The notes under the pieces: generated by a model | The model's input: only the letters and a program-made list of their open reading frames with translations | Database searches by the model: none | What the model was told of the DNA's origin: nothing | From: a virus | DNA: 64,000 bases | Strand: one strand, 5' to 3' | Virus record (IMG/VR): IMGVR_UViG_3300022391_000001 | Coordinates: 41,470-105,469 of that record | Made by a program: the position numbers and the translations under genes | Shown: positions 1 through 9,098 of the stretch, in pieces | Layout: each line of letters opens with the position of its first letter | How positions within the stretch are numbered: position 1 is the stretch's first letter

Positions 1-1168
1 AGGTGGTGGGGCGGAGGTGTGGGGGCCATGGGTGTTGGGTGATTGGGTGGTAGTTGAGTGGTTCAAAAGGGGTGGAAGTGTGAGACGGTGGCGTGGGAAG
101 CGTGGGGTGGTTGTGCCAGGCATTGGGCTGCGGCGCAGCCCACCCCACGCTTCCGTCCACAGTGGGGGGGTCGCTCCGCTTTCACACCGCAATCGCCCCC
201 ACCTCGGAGCCCTCCGCCGAGACACTCATCCCACCCAACCAGGCATGTGTTATCTGGTAGCTGGGAGCGCCAGATTGTCTACCGGACGGTAGGCAGCGGG
301 CACCCCTCGGAGGGTGTGCGGTCGGAGGGTGAGATTGCCCCTCCGAGGTGTGGTTTGCGCATGCCCTCCGAGCCCTGCTCTATGATGCATTTTTGCACGC
401 AAAATGCCATGCGGTGTTGGGTGATATGTGTGCGAAAGTATAATTATTTAGCTGTGTTGTGTGGAGGTTGAATTATATGGGGTTTCCGCACGCCCTGTGG
501 TGTGTGCGAAGCACACTGCAAGTGGCAGGAAGTTCAACGATTTCGCCACACCACACCCACGCCGCCCACTATCCCCACTAGAGTCATGTTTATTTGTTCG
601 TTTCTCGTCACATCCCCTTCTACGGGCTACCCCATTCAGTCTTATCCCCACTCTATCCGCTCTTCATCCTTTTCTCGCTCCTATCCCTCCCTTGTACTCG
701 TCATACGGGTACTTGTATATGCTCCTATGTTCTTCTCGCTTGTTCTAGTGGCTTCTCTCATTTCTCGTGTAGACTTGTGTTGTAGTTGTCTGCGATGCCT
801 TCTGTTGTTTCCTTGTGCGTGGGGCTTCGAGGTGGGGTCTGGTTTTTCCGGGCTGTGGGAGGGATGGTGTTTTCTGGGCTCGTGCAATGCTGTTGGACTT
901 GAGTTGCTGTGGTGCGCGGATAAACAGCCTCGATGTTTGATCTTGAAGTCCGGTTTCTTAGGGCTTCCAATAAAAGGCGTGTTTCCGGCTTCGTTGCTCG
1001 TTTAGGTGTTGTCCGAGTTGAATTCTATGGGTTTGCGTTGGCTGGAGCATTGTCTGTGTCCATGCGGGTGCGTTTCTTGTGCCGCTTTGGCGTGCCAAAT
1101 TTCTATGGGTGTTTTCGTGTCTCTTCTCGGTGCTTTGTTCAGGTGGCGTTTCCGTCCGGTGGTGCTCG

Positions 1169-1465
1169 TTAGGATTTGTCTGTTTCTGGCTTCGTTTCCG
1201 CACACAGTTCTATGGCGGAATGGGGTGCGCTTGCCTTGATGGTCTTCTCCACGGCGTTGCGGAGCCGTTTGGCCTGCATTTTATGCTTCTCGTTACACCA
1301 CGGGCACGAACGGGCGGGACGCCGCCAGCCCACGTCAACCGCATCGACGTCATAGGTGTGCATGAGCGCTTCTAGCTTGCCGATGAACTCCGTCCTGTCC
1401 CTCGGGTCATTGTCGCAGATGATGTTTCCAACCAGGTTGCTTTCCACTTTGTGCTCCGGTGTCAT
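1169..1465 (-). CDS. hypothetical phage protein (CxxC)
   Basis: Last ORF of a translationally coupled minus-strand chain (ATGA overlap at 1462-1465); CPWC motif. Confidence 0.55.
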   Translation of the reverse strand: MTPEHKVESNLVGNIICDNDPRDRTEFIGKLEALMHTYDVDAVDVGWRRPARSCPWCNEKHKMQAKRLRNAVEKTIKASAPHSAIELCAETKPETDKS

Positions 1466-1683
1466 CCTTCTCGGTTCCCCCGCATGATTTTTGCCTCTTT
1501 GGGCGTGTCAGGTTGCAAACGGTCGGCGTTCACGTCCGGATAAAGCGGCGCCCGGATTTGATCCAGCCGGTCGTTGAGACGCTCTATCGCTTCGGTCAAC
1601 CGTTCTTGCGACTTTCGATGAAGCTGAAGCTCCGTGATCAGCGTCCGGAGATTGTGGTTCAACGTTGATGTGTTTTCCGTCAT
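1462..1683 (-). CDS. hypothetical coiled-coil protein
   Basis: Start MTENTS overlaps the upstream stop (ATGA); heptad-like LTEAIERLNDRLDQI. Confidence 0.6.
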   Translation of the reverse strand: MTENTSTLNHNLRTLITELQLHRKSQERLTEAIERLNDRLDQIRAPLYPDVNADRLQPDTPKEAKIMRGNREG

Positions 1684-2099
1684 GGTTTCTTGCTCCCGCG
1701 TGGCTTCGCGTTGTATCCTGTGCCCATTTTCGGCGGCACGCCCCGGCTGACTTCCGAAAGCACCTTGGCTGCCAGGTCCCTCGGGATGCGATGGAGCCCC
1801 CAATCGGCTGGGATGAACAGTGCTGTGGCCTTTGCACCTGTCCTCCGGATTGCTTCGCGCACCAGCTCGATGTCGGCGCCGTCGGGCGGCGAGCCCTGCT
1901 GGTACTTGAGCAGGATCAAATCACCATCCTCGATGCGGAGCTTGCTCACCATCTCCCTCCATCCATAAAATTGTGTTGCTCGTGCCTGATGCTTGGCCTC
2001 ATATTCTCGTGCCTTGCGTTCCCATCGCTCGTTGTCCCACTCATCGCCCAAGTCCAGCCCGGTCCACAGCACTTCGCCGTCCAAGTCGTTTCGTCCCAT
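1680..2099 (-). CDS. hypothetical protein
   Basis: 139-aa ORF with GGAG upstream; tiles with neighbours. Confidence 0.65.
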   Translation of the reverse strand: MGRNDLDGEVLWTGLDLGDEWDNERWERKAREYEAKHQARATQFYGWREMVSKLRIEDGDLILLKYQQGSPPDGADIELVREAIRRTGAKATALFIPADWGLHRIPRDLAAKVLSEVSRGVPPKMGTGYNAKPRGSKKP

Positions 2100-2130
2100 C
2101 CGGACTGTCTCCTATGGGTGATTTTGTTTG

Positions 2131-2601
2131 TTATTGCCGCCAGCGGTCCCGGAGCTGTTCTAGTGTTGCTGCCGAAAATGGCTTGTTGCTGGTCCTCAGC
2201 TCCTTGGTCATCGCCCTCTGATATTGGATCTGCTCGTCCAGGATGGCCTTCAGCGCGTGCTCCGTCGTTGGGTACTTGAGCACCCGTCCGGAGCGGTCTG
2301 AAATCGTCATCCCCTCCGCGTCCCACTCTATGGTGATCAGCGGCGGAGTGCCGAGGATGTTCTCCGCCGCTTGGCGAAGGTGACTTGGCGCTCCGAGCGT
2401 CCACCCATCCGATCGCATCAGCACGATGTCGTAGTGAATCCCGTCCCGGCGTGCCTGCCAGGTGGGCACCGCGTCCCCCTCGTGGTTGAGCAGAACTCGG
2501 ATGGGCCCCTTCTTCAGCACGCGGACAAGCTCCGCCCCGTGCCCGTTGTCATCTAGCCCGAGCATAACACCACTTTCCTGCTGTTTTCGTGCGTCCCCCA
2601 A
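2131..2601 (-). CDS. hypothetical protein
   Basis: 156-aa ORF tiling in the minus-strand gene chain; start uncertain. Confidence 0.6.
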   Translation of the reverse strand: MGDARKQQESGVMLGLDDNGHGAELVRVLKKGPIRVLLNHEGDAVPTWQARRDGIHYDIVLMRSDGWTLGAPSHLRQAAENILGTPPLITIEWDAEGMTISDRSGRVLKYPTTEHALKAILDEQIQYQRAMTKELRTSNKPFSAATLEQLRDRWRQ

Positions 2602-2615
2602 CCCTCCGCCTGGAC

Positions 2616-2864
2616 TCAGACTCGCCTTTGTTCTATCGGCAAAAATTGGTGATACGTGATGGTGTTGTTGACGTTGTCCTCCGTCCGCTCGATGTGACGG
2701 CGAAGATCAAACCCGTTGATCACCAATTCTTCATGGATTTTGTGGCCCATTTTCTGCGCCGTCTGGAGCGTCACGGTGTGGGTGATGTATCGGTAACCGT
2801 CACCGATGGCCACCCGGTCGCCGTTGACCAGGAGCTTCTTGAAGTGCTCATCCTTGAAGATCAT
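2616..2864 (-). CDS. hypothetical protein
   Basis: 82 aa, GAGG upstream, tiles. Confidence 0.6.
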   Translation of the reverse strand: MIFKDEHFKKLLVNGDRVAIGDGYRYITHTVTLQTAQKMGHKIHEELVINGFDLRRHIERTEDNVNNTITYHQFLPIEQRRV

Positions 2865-3234
2865 CTTCTAACCTCACATCAATGATCCGTCGCCCTTCTC
2901 GGATCTGCTTACAGGTCTCACACTCCGGATCGTGCTCGACAACGCTCTGGAGCCCGAGGATGGCCCGAGCGGCGTTGTGGATGCAATCATCGTATCCGCA
3001 GCTGTTCTCGCACTCCGTCCCGGCGGCGGTCTTCAGCAGCCCTCGGAGCTTCGCGCCTGCTTCCGGATCATCAAATTGCTTGTTCCAATCTTCTGTGCGT
3101 TTCCGTGGCCAGCTGGACACCTCCGGCGCACCCTCCGGTCGCAGAAGGTTGAGCAGGACGCCATCGAGCCGCCAGCCATGAAAACTTGTGCCGTTGTCGC
3201 TGATCTTGTTCCAATCCATGATGTTCTTGGTCAT
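2848..3234 (-). CDS. hypothetical Cys-rich protein
   Basis: Start MTKNIM overlaps the upstream stop; CENSC..C..H and C-x2-C motifs. Confidence 0.6.
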   Translation of the reverse strand: MTKNIMDWNKISDNGTSFHGWRLDGVLLNLLRPEGAPEVSSWPRKRTEDWNKQFDDPEAGAKLRGLLKTAAGTECENSCGYDDCIHNAARAILGLQSVVEHDPECETCKQIREGRRIIDVRLEDDLQG

Positions 3235-3464
3235 GATAGCGTGTATCCCTTGCCGCCGCAATTCATGCAGACTCTCTGGCGGGTGTCGTACCACTTCCTG
3301 CCATCATAGGCGATGCGAGATGCCTTGCGGAGCGTCTGGAGCGCTCCGTCCAGGTATCGGGATTGGACCTTTGTGGACAAGGCGTCGTGGATCTCTGAAT
3401 GACTCAACCTCTTGTCCTTCAGCAACTCCATGATCTCTGCTTCCACCCCATCCTTTCTTTCCAT
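3231..3464 (-). CDS. small putative winged-helix DNA-binding protein with CxxCxGxG tail
   Basis: IMELLKDKRLSHSEIHDAL...LQTLRKASRIAY pattern; CMNCGGKG. Confidence 0.5.
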   Translation of the reverse strand: MERKDGVEAEIMELLKDKRLSHSEIHDALSTKVQSRYLDGALQTLRKASRIAYDGRKWYDTRQRVCMNCGGKGYTLS

Positions 3465-3479
3465 GTTTTATGCGTCCTT

Positions 3480-3776
3480 TCACGGGAGCAACCCGCTTTG
3501 GTATTCATCCCATTGCTCCTGCCAAAACCCCACCCATTCTTCCATGTGTTCTTCACAGAGAATTGGCGGCGTGTCACTTTCTGCGTCCCCGTATGCGGTC
3601 ATCACCGGCGCCCGAGTCCCCTCCGCCTTGCGTCCGTGCCGCTCGCACTCTTCACATGGCCCCGTGCGTGGCAACTTCCAGAACCACCCTGGAACCGACA
3701 ACCCTGGTATGTATGGCTTGATGGGCTCCGGCGGCGGAGTCGAGAAACGGCGGCGCAGCTCATCCAGCGTCGGCAT
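3480..3776 (-). CDS. hypothetical Zn-binding protein
   Basis: MPTLDELRRRF start; CEEC and CEEH motifs. Confidence 0.6.
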   Translation of the reverse strand: MPTLDELRRRFSTPPPEPIKPYIPGLSVPGWFWKLPRTGPCEECERHGRKAEGTRAPVMTAYGDAESDTPPILCEEHMEEWVGFWQEQWDEYQSGLLP

Positions 3777-3975
3777 CAAATCCCCAAGCGAGTGTATCCC
3801 GAGGATGGACACGCACCTTGGTCTGGCCGCGCTGGATGTGGTATATTCCGCGCCTGCTCTCCAGGAGCGCTCCGGTGAAATTCAGCTCCAGATGCGTGAC
3901 CGGCTTGTCGTGGGCGAGTGTGTAGCCCCTCGGGAGCTTGCCGATGATGTCCCTGATGCTCTCGATGTCCGACAC
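3760..3975 (-). CDS. hypothetical protein
   Basis: AAGGAGG RBS before GTG. Confidence 0.6.
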   Translation of the reverse strand: MSDIESIRDIIGKLPRGYTLAHDKPVTHLELNFTGALLESRRGIYHIQRGQTKVRVHPRDTLAWGFDADAG

Positions 3976-4025
3976 GGCGCCACCTCCTTGAACCGTATCT
4001 ACATACAGGGAGCCGTCGGCGCTGA

Positions 4026-4328
4026 TTAGAGCTCACGCGGATGCGGCCCGTCGGTGATCTCTACTATGCTTTGACCCATCTGGTTGGCCGGTCCCGGCGG
4101 CGGCTGCCCATCTCGCTTGCGCCGCTTGATGGCAAATTGGTGTGCCGCTTGAATCGCGGAATTGGAGCTTGGGCCCGTGCCCTCATAGGCTCGGCCATCG
4201 TCGGCGGTGAGCGTCGCTCGCCAGTACTGCGGCCTGTTCTTCTTGCCGCTCGGGATGGGCTTGTCCTTGGGGCCAGTCTCTTTGGGCTTCTCAGGACGTG
4301 GCTTGGGCCCGACTGGATTCTTGGCCAT
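4026..4328 (-). CDS. hypothetical protein (possible dsRBD-like motif)
   Basis: AAGGAGG RBS; WRATLT..DGRAYEGTGPSSNSAIQAAHQFA resembles the dsRBD beta-beta-alpha end. Confidence 0.55.
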   Translation of the reverse strand: MAKNPVGPKPRPEKPKETGPKDKPIPSGKKNRPQYWRATLTADDGRAYEGTGPSSNSAIQAAHQFAIKRRKRDGQPPPGPANQMGQSIVEITDGPHPREL

Positions 4329-4381
4329 CGTGTGCCTCCTTGATGGAGGTGATCATAGCGTGGATGCGTCTGGGAACCGAG

Positions 4382-4957
4382 TCACGGATTGAGCCCGTTC
4401 TTGTAGCCCTTCAGCGCCTTGTCGCCAGCCAGCTCAAATGCTGCTTTACGGGCCAAATATTCTGTGCTGAACACACCCTTGTCGGTGATCTTCATAGCCT
4501 TGCCCCGGCGACCGTACTGGGCCCGCACCTTGTAGGATGTCGTTTTGGTCGCCCCGATGCCAACCTTTGTTGCCAAGATCTCGACCACATACACCTTGTC
4601 GGAACGCTCATCCCGGAGATGAAGCGGGATGCGCTCGTGAACCTTGTAGGGCGGAGGTGGCGGAAGCAGCTCCGCTTCGGCCATTTTCGGCCCGTGCGGG
4701 AGCGGTGGACGCGGCGGCGGAGTCTTGGCCTTGGGGAGCGGCTCTGGCTTGCGCTTCGGTGCTTTCTCAGGCGGAGGTGGCGGCGGCGGAGTATTATCCT
4801 TGAGATGCCCAGGCCCCTTTCCCGACATCGCCGTCAAAGCATCGCCCATATCGTCCAGCCGGGTTTCAAAATCAGGCTTGTTGGCCGTTTTGCTAGGCTG
4901 TGAAGCGGGTGTGTTGCTTGTCCCAAAGCGCTGTCGGAGTTGGTCGAGTGTTGGCAT
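4382..4957 (-). CDS. WGR-domain protein with Pro-rich N-terminus
   Basis: SDKVYVVEI...VRAQYGRRG...KALKGY matches the WGR domain pattern; GGGAGTCAGCCATG leader. Confidence 0.7.
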   Translation of the reverse strand: MPTLDQLRQRFGTSNTPASQPSKTANKPDFETRLDDMGDALTAMSGKGPGHLKDNTPPPPPPPEKAPKRKPEPLPKAKTPPPRPPLPHGPKMAEAELLPPPPPYKVHERIPLHLRDERSDKVYVVEILATKVGIGATKTTSYKVRAQYGRRGKAMKITDKGVFSTEYLARKAAFELAGDKALKGYKNGLNP

Positions 4958-5004
4958 GGCTGACTCCCTTGTACAACTTGTCCAACGAGCCTGGTTTGAA
5001 ATAA

Positions 5005-5032
5005 GGCGGGTGCCTTCTCGGAGGTGCCCGCC
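5005..5032. terminator. GC-rich stem-loop, probable terminator
   Basis: ggcgggtgcct-tctcgg-aggtgcccgcc lies between genes; followed by TTATTT on the minus strand. Confidence 0.45.
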
Positions 5033-5043
5033 CACCTCCCTTG

Positions 5044-5238
5044 CTACAGCGTCAATCCTTCGTTGAGCTCAACAAGGCGCCCGATACGGTCCATGAGCTT
5101 GCGGTATTCCTTGGCGTGATCGTCCCCTTCTCGGACGTTGCCGAGGTTGTATGCCTCGCCCATGAGCTCACCTAGCTCCGTCGCTTGCTCCCGGAGCTTC
5201 TGAATCTTCTTTGCCCTTGCTAGCTGCTTCGCGTCCAT
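5044..5238 (-). CDS. small helical hypothetical protein
   Basis: AAGGAG RBS, 64 aa. Confidence 0.65.
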   Translation of the reverse strand: MDAKQLARAKKIQKLREQATELGELMGEAYNLGNVREGDDHAKEYRKLMDRIGRLVELNEGLTL

Positions 5239-5241
5239 GAC

Positions 5242-5433
5242 CTACTCCTTGCCGATGTCGCCGTTGAGGATGAGCTGGCGCTCCCAATGGGATAGCGTCC
5301 GGAGATCATCGAGTGCCTTGCGGTAGGCTCGCTGATACGCCTCATAACCGGTTCTTGAGGATGTTAGCTGGCGATGTGCCTTCCAATAGCGTCGGGCTTT
5401 GTCGATAACCTGATCCGTTGTTGCTTTCTTCAT
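5242..5433 (-). CDS. small helical hypothetical early protein
   Basis: First gene after promoter P1; GGAG RBS. Confidence 0.7.
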   Translation of the reverse strand: MKKATTDQVIDKARRYWKAHRQLTSSRTGYEAYQRAYRKALDDLRTLSHWERQLILNGDIGKE

Positions 5434-5465
5434 GGTCGACTCCGTTCTTTCCTTGTCCTACCTAT

Positions 5466-5494
5466 ATCATAAGTCCATCCACTGTAAAAGTCGA
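5466..5494 (-). promoter_or_regulatory. sigma70-type early promoter P1
   Basis: TCGACT-17 nt-TATGAT; same architecture occurs six times in intergenic regions. Confidence 0.8.
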
Positions 5495-5571
5495 GTGGAA
5501 GTGGCCAAAAAAGTTGGCGCCCAAGGTCGATTTTGTCCCGTGTTGATTTCTCAAGGCGCCAAAGCGGCTTG

Positions 5572-5592
5572 GGCACCCTCCGAGGGTGCCCG
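5572..5592 (-). terminator. stem-loop after gene 5604..6575
   Basis: Perfect 8-bp stem GGGCACCC-TCGGA-GGGTGCCC. Confidence 0.55.
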
Positions 5593-5603
5593 CCGCTGTG
5601 GTC

Positions 5604-6575
5604 TTAGGCCATCGCGTCCAGAATCATCTCCGCTTCTGCTTCGGCCCGAGGGTCCAAGGACCACTTCTTCAGACCACGGAAGCGCTTGCAGTCGATGTCG
5701 ACCGGAACCAAGAAGCGAGCGAAGTTGCCGTTGAGCTCGACAGCTTCGGGCTGGAGCTTGCCGGAGTCGACCAGATCCTTGACTGCCGCCTTGGCCGCTT
5801 CGGCGGTGACTTCGCCCTTGTCGGTGACCGCGTACACGCCACCGGGCTTGCGCTTCCCGCAGCCCCGCTTGTGCTCCGCTTCGGCGGCGGTGACTTCAAC
5901 CAGGCGGAAACCGGCGGCGGCCATGTCCTTGCGAACCTGCTCGTCATCCTCGGGCTTGAGGATGTATTCGATGGCGCTGGGGATGAACATCCCGAACACC
6001 TTGCCTTGCGGGAGCCGCCCCGTCCCGCCGCAGGTGGCGCACATCGAGGTGTCGGCGACGTTCTTGATGCTGAAGCGCTTGGGCTGATGAAGCCAGTAGT
6101 TGTACTTGCGGTGGTCCCAGATCGAGCCGTCCTTGAGGGTGATGTGCCCGCCGGTCCCTGCCTCGATGGTCTCGGGCTCCGCGTCGTATTGCGCCTGAAG
6201 CTCTGTGGTCTTGCGTGCGCGGTTGTCCAGGAGCTTCTGAAGGCGTGCCTTCTCGGTGACCTCATCGGCGTCGGTGGCGGCTTGGAGTGCGTCGATGAGC
6301 TTGTCGGACTCTGCGCCGATGCGATCGATCTCGTTTTGGAGCTTCCGCCGCTCCGGGTTTTCAATAACGCCGACGCAATCCGGACACTCGCTGTACTCGC
6401 CCTCGTCATGCGCGACGAAAATGACCGTGCCGGGCTCCATAAGGGCGGCGGCGGTGGCGACGTTGGGGAGCCGCTTGGAGACTCCGAGTGCGAGTGCTTC
6501 GTCTGTGTAGGACTCGATGGACCCGTAGTGCTCTTGACCGATCCACATGAGGTAGCTGTTGGTGATCTGTGACAT
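5604..6575 (-). CDS. hypothetical early protein with split Zn finger and coiled-coil insertion
   Basis: CPDCVG ... coiled coil ... CATCGGTG; RGCG motif; GGGAGTCAGCCATG leader. Confidence 0.8.
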   Translation of the reverse strand: MSQITNSYLMWIGQEHYGSIESYTDEALALGVSKRLPNVATAAALMEPGTVIFVAHDEGEYSECPDCVGVIENPERRKLQNEIDRIGAESDKLIDALQAATDADEVTEKARLQKLLDNRARKTTELQAQYDAEPETIEAGTGGHITLKDGSIWDHRKYNYWLHQPKRFSIKNVADTSMCATCGGTGRLPQGKVFGMFIPSAIEYILKPEDDEQVRKDMAAAGFRLVEVTAAEAEHKRGCGKRKPGGVYAVTDKGEVTAEAAKAAVKDLVDSGKLQPEAVELNGNFARFLVPVDIDCKRFRGLKKWSLDPRAEAEAEMILDAMA

Positions 6576-6611
6576 GGCTGACTCCCGTTGGTTTCTTGTC
6601 CGTCTGCCTAT

Positions 6612-6640
6612 ATCATAATTCCATCCACCGGAAAAGTCGA
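6612..6640 (-). promoter_or_regulatory. early promoter P2
   Basis: TCGACT-17 nt-TATGAT. Confidence 0.8.
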
Positions 6641-6687
6641 GTGGAAGTTTGCCAGAATCAGCCTTGGGAGGCAACTTTTTTGGCGGC

Positions 6688-7554
6688 TCACGCTTGCGCC
6701 GCTTCATCCATGTCGCTACGGTGGCGAAGATAGACCGGAAACCTGTATGTGGCGACTGCTGTGGGGTCTTTTTGATGCTTGAACTCAACCCAGCGTCCGA
6801 GGTGCCCCGCTTGGTCTGCCCAGATCTCGTGCCGTTGTTCGTCTGTGAAGCCCGTTCCAACTTCCACCTCTGAGCCGTCAGCCATCTCCAGGATCAACGC
6901 TCCGAGCGTACCCTGGAGACGCCGCGTGCCCTCCTGATAGCCCTTGATGCGCCCGTCGGAGCTTGTCCAGGGCTTGCGTTTCATCCACGCTCGGGAGCGG
7001 CGGCCAACGTATACGCCATCGGGGTCCTTGAGCATAGCCCCCTCGAAATTGTGGGCCAAGAACACCTCAAACACCCGCTCCACCTGCGCATCGTCGGACA
7101 CCTCGATGTGGGGTGTAAGCGACACGTTGGCGGCGCACGAGTGCTCGATCAACTCCTGGAGCCTGTCCTTGCGCTCCCGCAGCGGCGTCTCATCCCCGCC
7201 GGGAAGCACCAAGTCAAACGCATAGAACATCAGCGCGCTGCGGTCCATCTCGGGATCTTCAGTCTTGACGAGCGAGGTGGTGGCGTTCCAGGACTCGCTG
7301 AATGCTTCACCGTCGATCACCACCCCGTCCGGATACAGACGATTGGCCTCATCGACCAGCTGATCAGCGATGAAGCCCAGACGGTCGGTGTAGTCCACAC
7401 CGCTCCGCTGTACGACGATGCCGCTAGACACACCGTTGAACACGAGCTGGAACCGATACCCATCCAGCTTCGGCTCTGCCCATAGGGGCCATTTAGCGTG
7501 CTTCTCGGACCACGCCTCTGCGAGCATCATCGTTGGCTTGTGTTTGGTTGCCAT
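6688..7554 (-). CDS. lig: ATP-dependent DNA ligase
   Basis: Motif I EPKLDGYR, IDGE, YAFDL, EGAMLK, WMKRKP, OB-fold VGTGFTD and RFPVYLR. Confidence 0.93.
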   Translation of the reverse strand: MATKHKPTMMLAEAWSEKHAKWPLWAEPKLDGYRFQLVFNGVSSGIVVQRSGVDYTDRLGFIADQLVDEANRLYPDGVVIDGEAFSESWNATTSLVKTEDPEMDRSALMFYAFDLVLPGGDETPLRERKDRLQELIEHSCAANVSLTPHIEVSDDAQVERVFEVFLAHNFEGAMLKDPDGVYVGRRSRAWMKRKPWTSSDGRIKGYQEGTRRLQGTLGALILEMADGSEVEVGTGFTDEQRHEIWADQAGHLGRWVEFKHQKDPTAVATYRFPVYLRHRSDMDEAAQA

Positions 7555-7564
7555 CGAGCCCTCC

Positions 7565-7771
7565 TCACCCGTCATAGTCTTCTGTGTCCTGCTCAACGTC
7601 AATCGTTTCCACGACGGTGAGCCCCATCGCCGCCACCTGATCGAGCACCCACCTTCGGGGGCCAGCGCACTCTGTCACCCAATCTTCAAATGGGCCGGAG
7701 CGCACTTCCAGTGTCGCCACAGGCAGCCCCGTCGTGAAGCAGCTGAGCAGATGAAGTCTTGCTTCTCGCAT
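7565..7771 (-). CDS. hypothetical protein
   Basis: GAGGGG RBS before MREARL; fills the gap between genes. Confidence 0.5.
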   Translation of the reverse strand: MREARLHLLSCFTTGLPVATLEVRSGPFEDWVTECAGPRRWVLDQVAAMGLTVVETIDVEQDTEDYDG

Positions 7772-7784
7772 CGTCGTTCCCCTC

Positions 7785-8501
7785 TCAGTCAAATGAACCC
7801 GTGTTGCGCCAAAACACCTTGAGGTCGGCGTCCTGGTAGACCACTCGGTTGGGTGCGTCGTATGTCTCGCCCATCGTCTGCGCCTTGTACGTTTCAAAGG
7901 CCACAACATAGCTGCGCTCGATGAACTCGGAGCCGAAGCTGACCTGAATCCAGCCCTTCTCGGCCAACGCTTCCAGATGGGCGTCGGTGAGCTTGAAGGG
8001 GAGCTTCGCCTGCGGCTTGCGGGAGCTGATGATGGCCATGATGTTGATCCAACGCGGCTTGGAGCTGTAGCCCCGCTGGATGGCGACGTTGCCAGACGCT
8101 TGGTTGACCTTGACGACGGTTTCCCACAGCGGCGATGAGCCTTTGTAGCGCACCAGAACCTCATCGCCCGGCTCGATGGCGAGGGTGTCTAGCTTGTTGC
8201 GGCGTGCGTTCCGTCGCTCCCGCTTGTGCTCTTGAGCGTTGTCCCGATTGTCCTCATACTTGCCGGTGGCGGCGGAGATCTCGGCGGCGGTGTATTCCCG
8301 AGATGGCTTCCCAAAGAGATTGGCGCCTGTGACTTTGAAGCCATAGGCATCCTCCTTGGCGGGCTTGGTGAGCGGTGCGAGACTGTACTTGTTGCGCCCT
8401 CGGAAGCGTCCCCGCCGGATTGGCTCGATGTCGATGATGATGACGTCCAGGCGTGGCCCTTTGGCGGGAAGGATGCTGACGATGTCCCCGATCTTGTACA
8501 T
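7785..8501 (-). CDS. hypothetical early protein (two KOW/SH3-like repeats possible)
   Basis: YKIGDIVSI and IEPGDEVLVR; conserved leader motif. Confidence 0.75.
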   Translation of the reverse strand: MYKIGDIVSILPAKGPRLDVIIIDIEPIRRGRFRGRNKYSLAPLTKPAKEDAYGFKVTGANLFGKPSREYTAAEISAATGKYEDNRDNAQEHKRERRNARRNKLDTLAIEPGDEVLVRYKGSSPLWETVVKVNQASGNVAIQRGYSSKPRWINIMAIISSRKPQAKLPFKLTDAHLEALAEKGWIQVSFGSEFIERSYVVAFETYKAQTMGETYDAPNRVVYQDADLKVFWRNTGSFD

Positions 8502-8528
8502 GGCTGACTCCCGCTTGCGTCCGATGTC

Positions 8529-8720
8529 CTATTGAACGTGATCTGGACCGTTCCAGTAGCGTCGGCAAAACGAGCTGAATTGCCGCTCCGTCCACCCCGT
8601 CCCGCTCGCTGCCGCTTTCATCAACACGTCGACATCGGCGTCAAGCGACGGGTCGCAAAGTGTGTCCATGACCATATCCGCCAAAACCTTCAACTCTTCA
8701 ACGGTGTACTTCTCGTTCAT
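8529..8720 (-). CDS. small hypothetical early protein
   Basis: CGGGAGTCGGTCATG leader variant. Confidence 0.7.
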   Translation of the reverse strand: MNEKYTVEELKVLADMVMDTLCDPSLDADVDVLMKAAASGTGWTERQFSSFCRRYWNGPDHVQ

Positions 8721-8756
8721 GACCGACTCCCGTTTGCCCTTGGAAATCTTGGACGT

Positions 8757-8987
8757 TTAGCGCTTGCCATAGGGAACGCCGTTGGACTCTTTGTCGCCTA
8801 GACGCTCGATAAGGCCCTTTTGACAAAGCGAGGAAAACGCGCGGGCTTCGCCGCGCCCGAAGCTCCGGAGGGTCCGACCGTCGAGATCTTTGATCTCCGT
8901 CGGAGGCATATCGGAAGCGGCGAAATCCTCGAAAATGTAGAAGAAATCAGGGAGGGAAGCGAGAAGCTTGGCTTGCGGCTGTGTCAT
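8757..8987 (-). CDS. small hypothetical (possible winged helix)
   Basis: GGAG RBS; SSLCQKGLIER motif; first gene after P3. Confidence 0.6.
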   Translation of the reverse strand: MTQPQAKLLASLPDFFYIFEDFAASDMPPTEIKDLDGRTLRSFGRGEARAFSSLCQKGLIERLGDKESNGVPYGKR

Positions 8988-9023
8988 CGTCGTCTCCGTG
9001 TTGCGCTCGTTGATCATACTTAT

Positions 9024-9052
9024 ATCATAACCCCATCCACTGTAAAAGTCGA
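9024..9052 (-). promoter_or_regulatory. early promoter P3
   Basis: TCGACT-17 nt-TATGAT. Confidence 0.8.
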
Positions 9053-9098
9053 GTGGGCAGAACACAAAATCGACCCAAAGCGGCAACTTTTTTGACGC

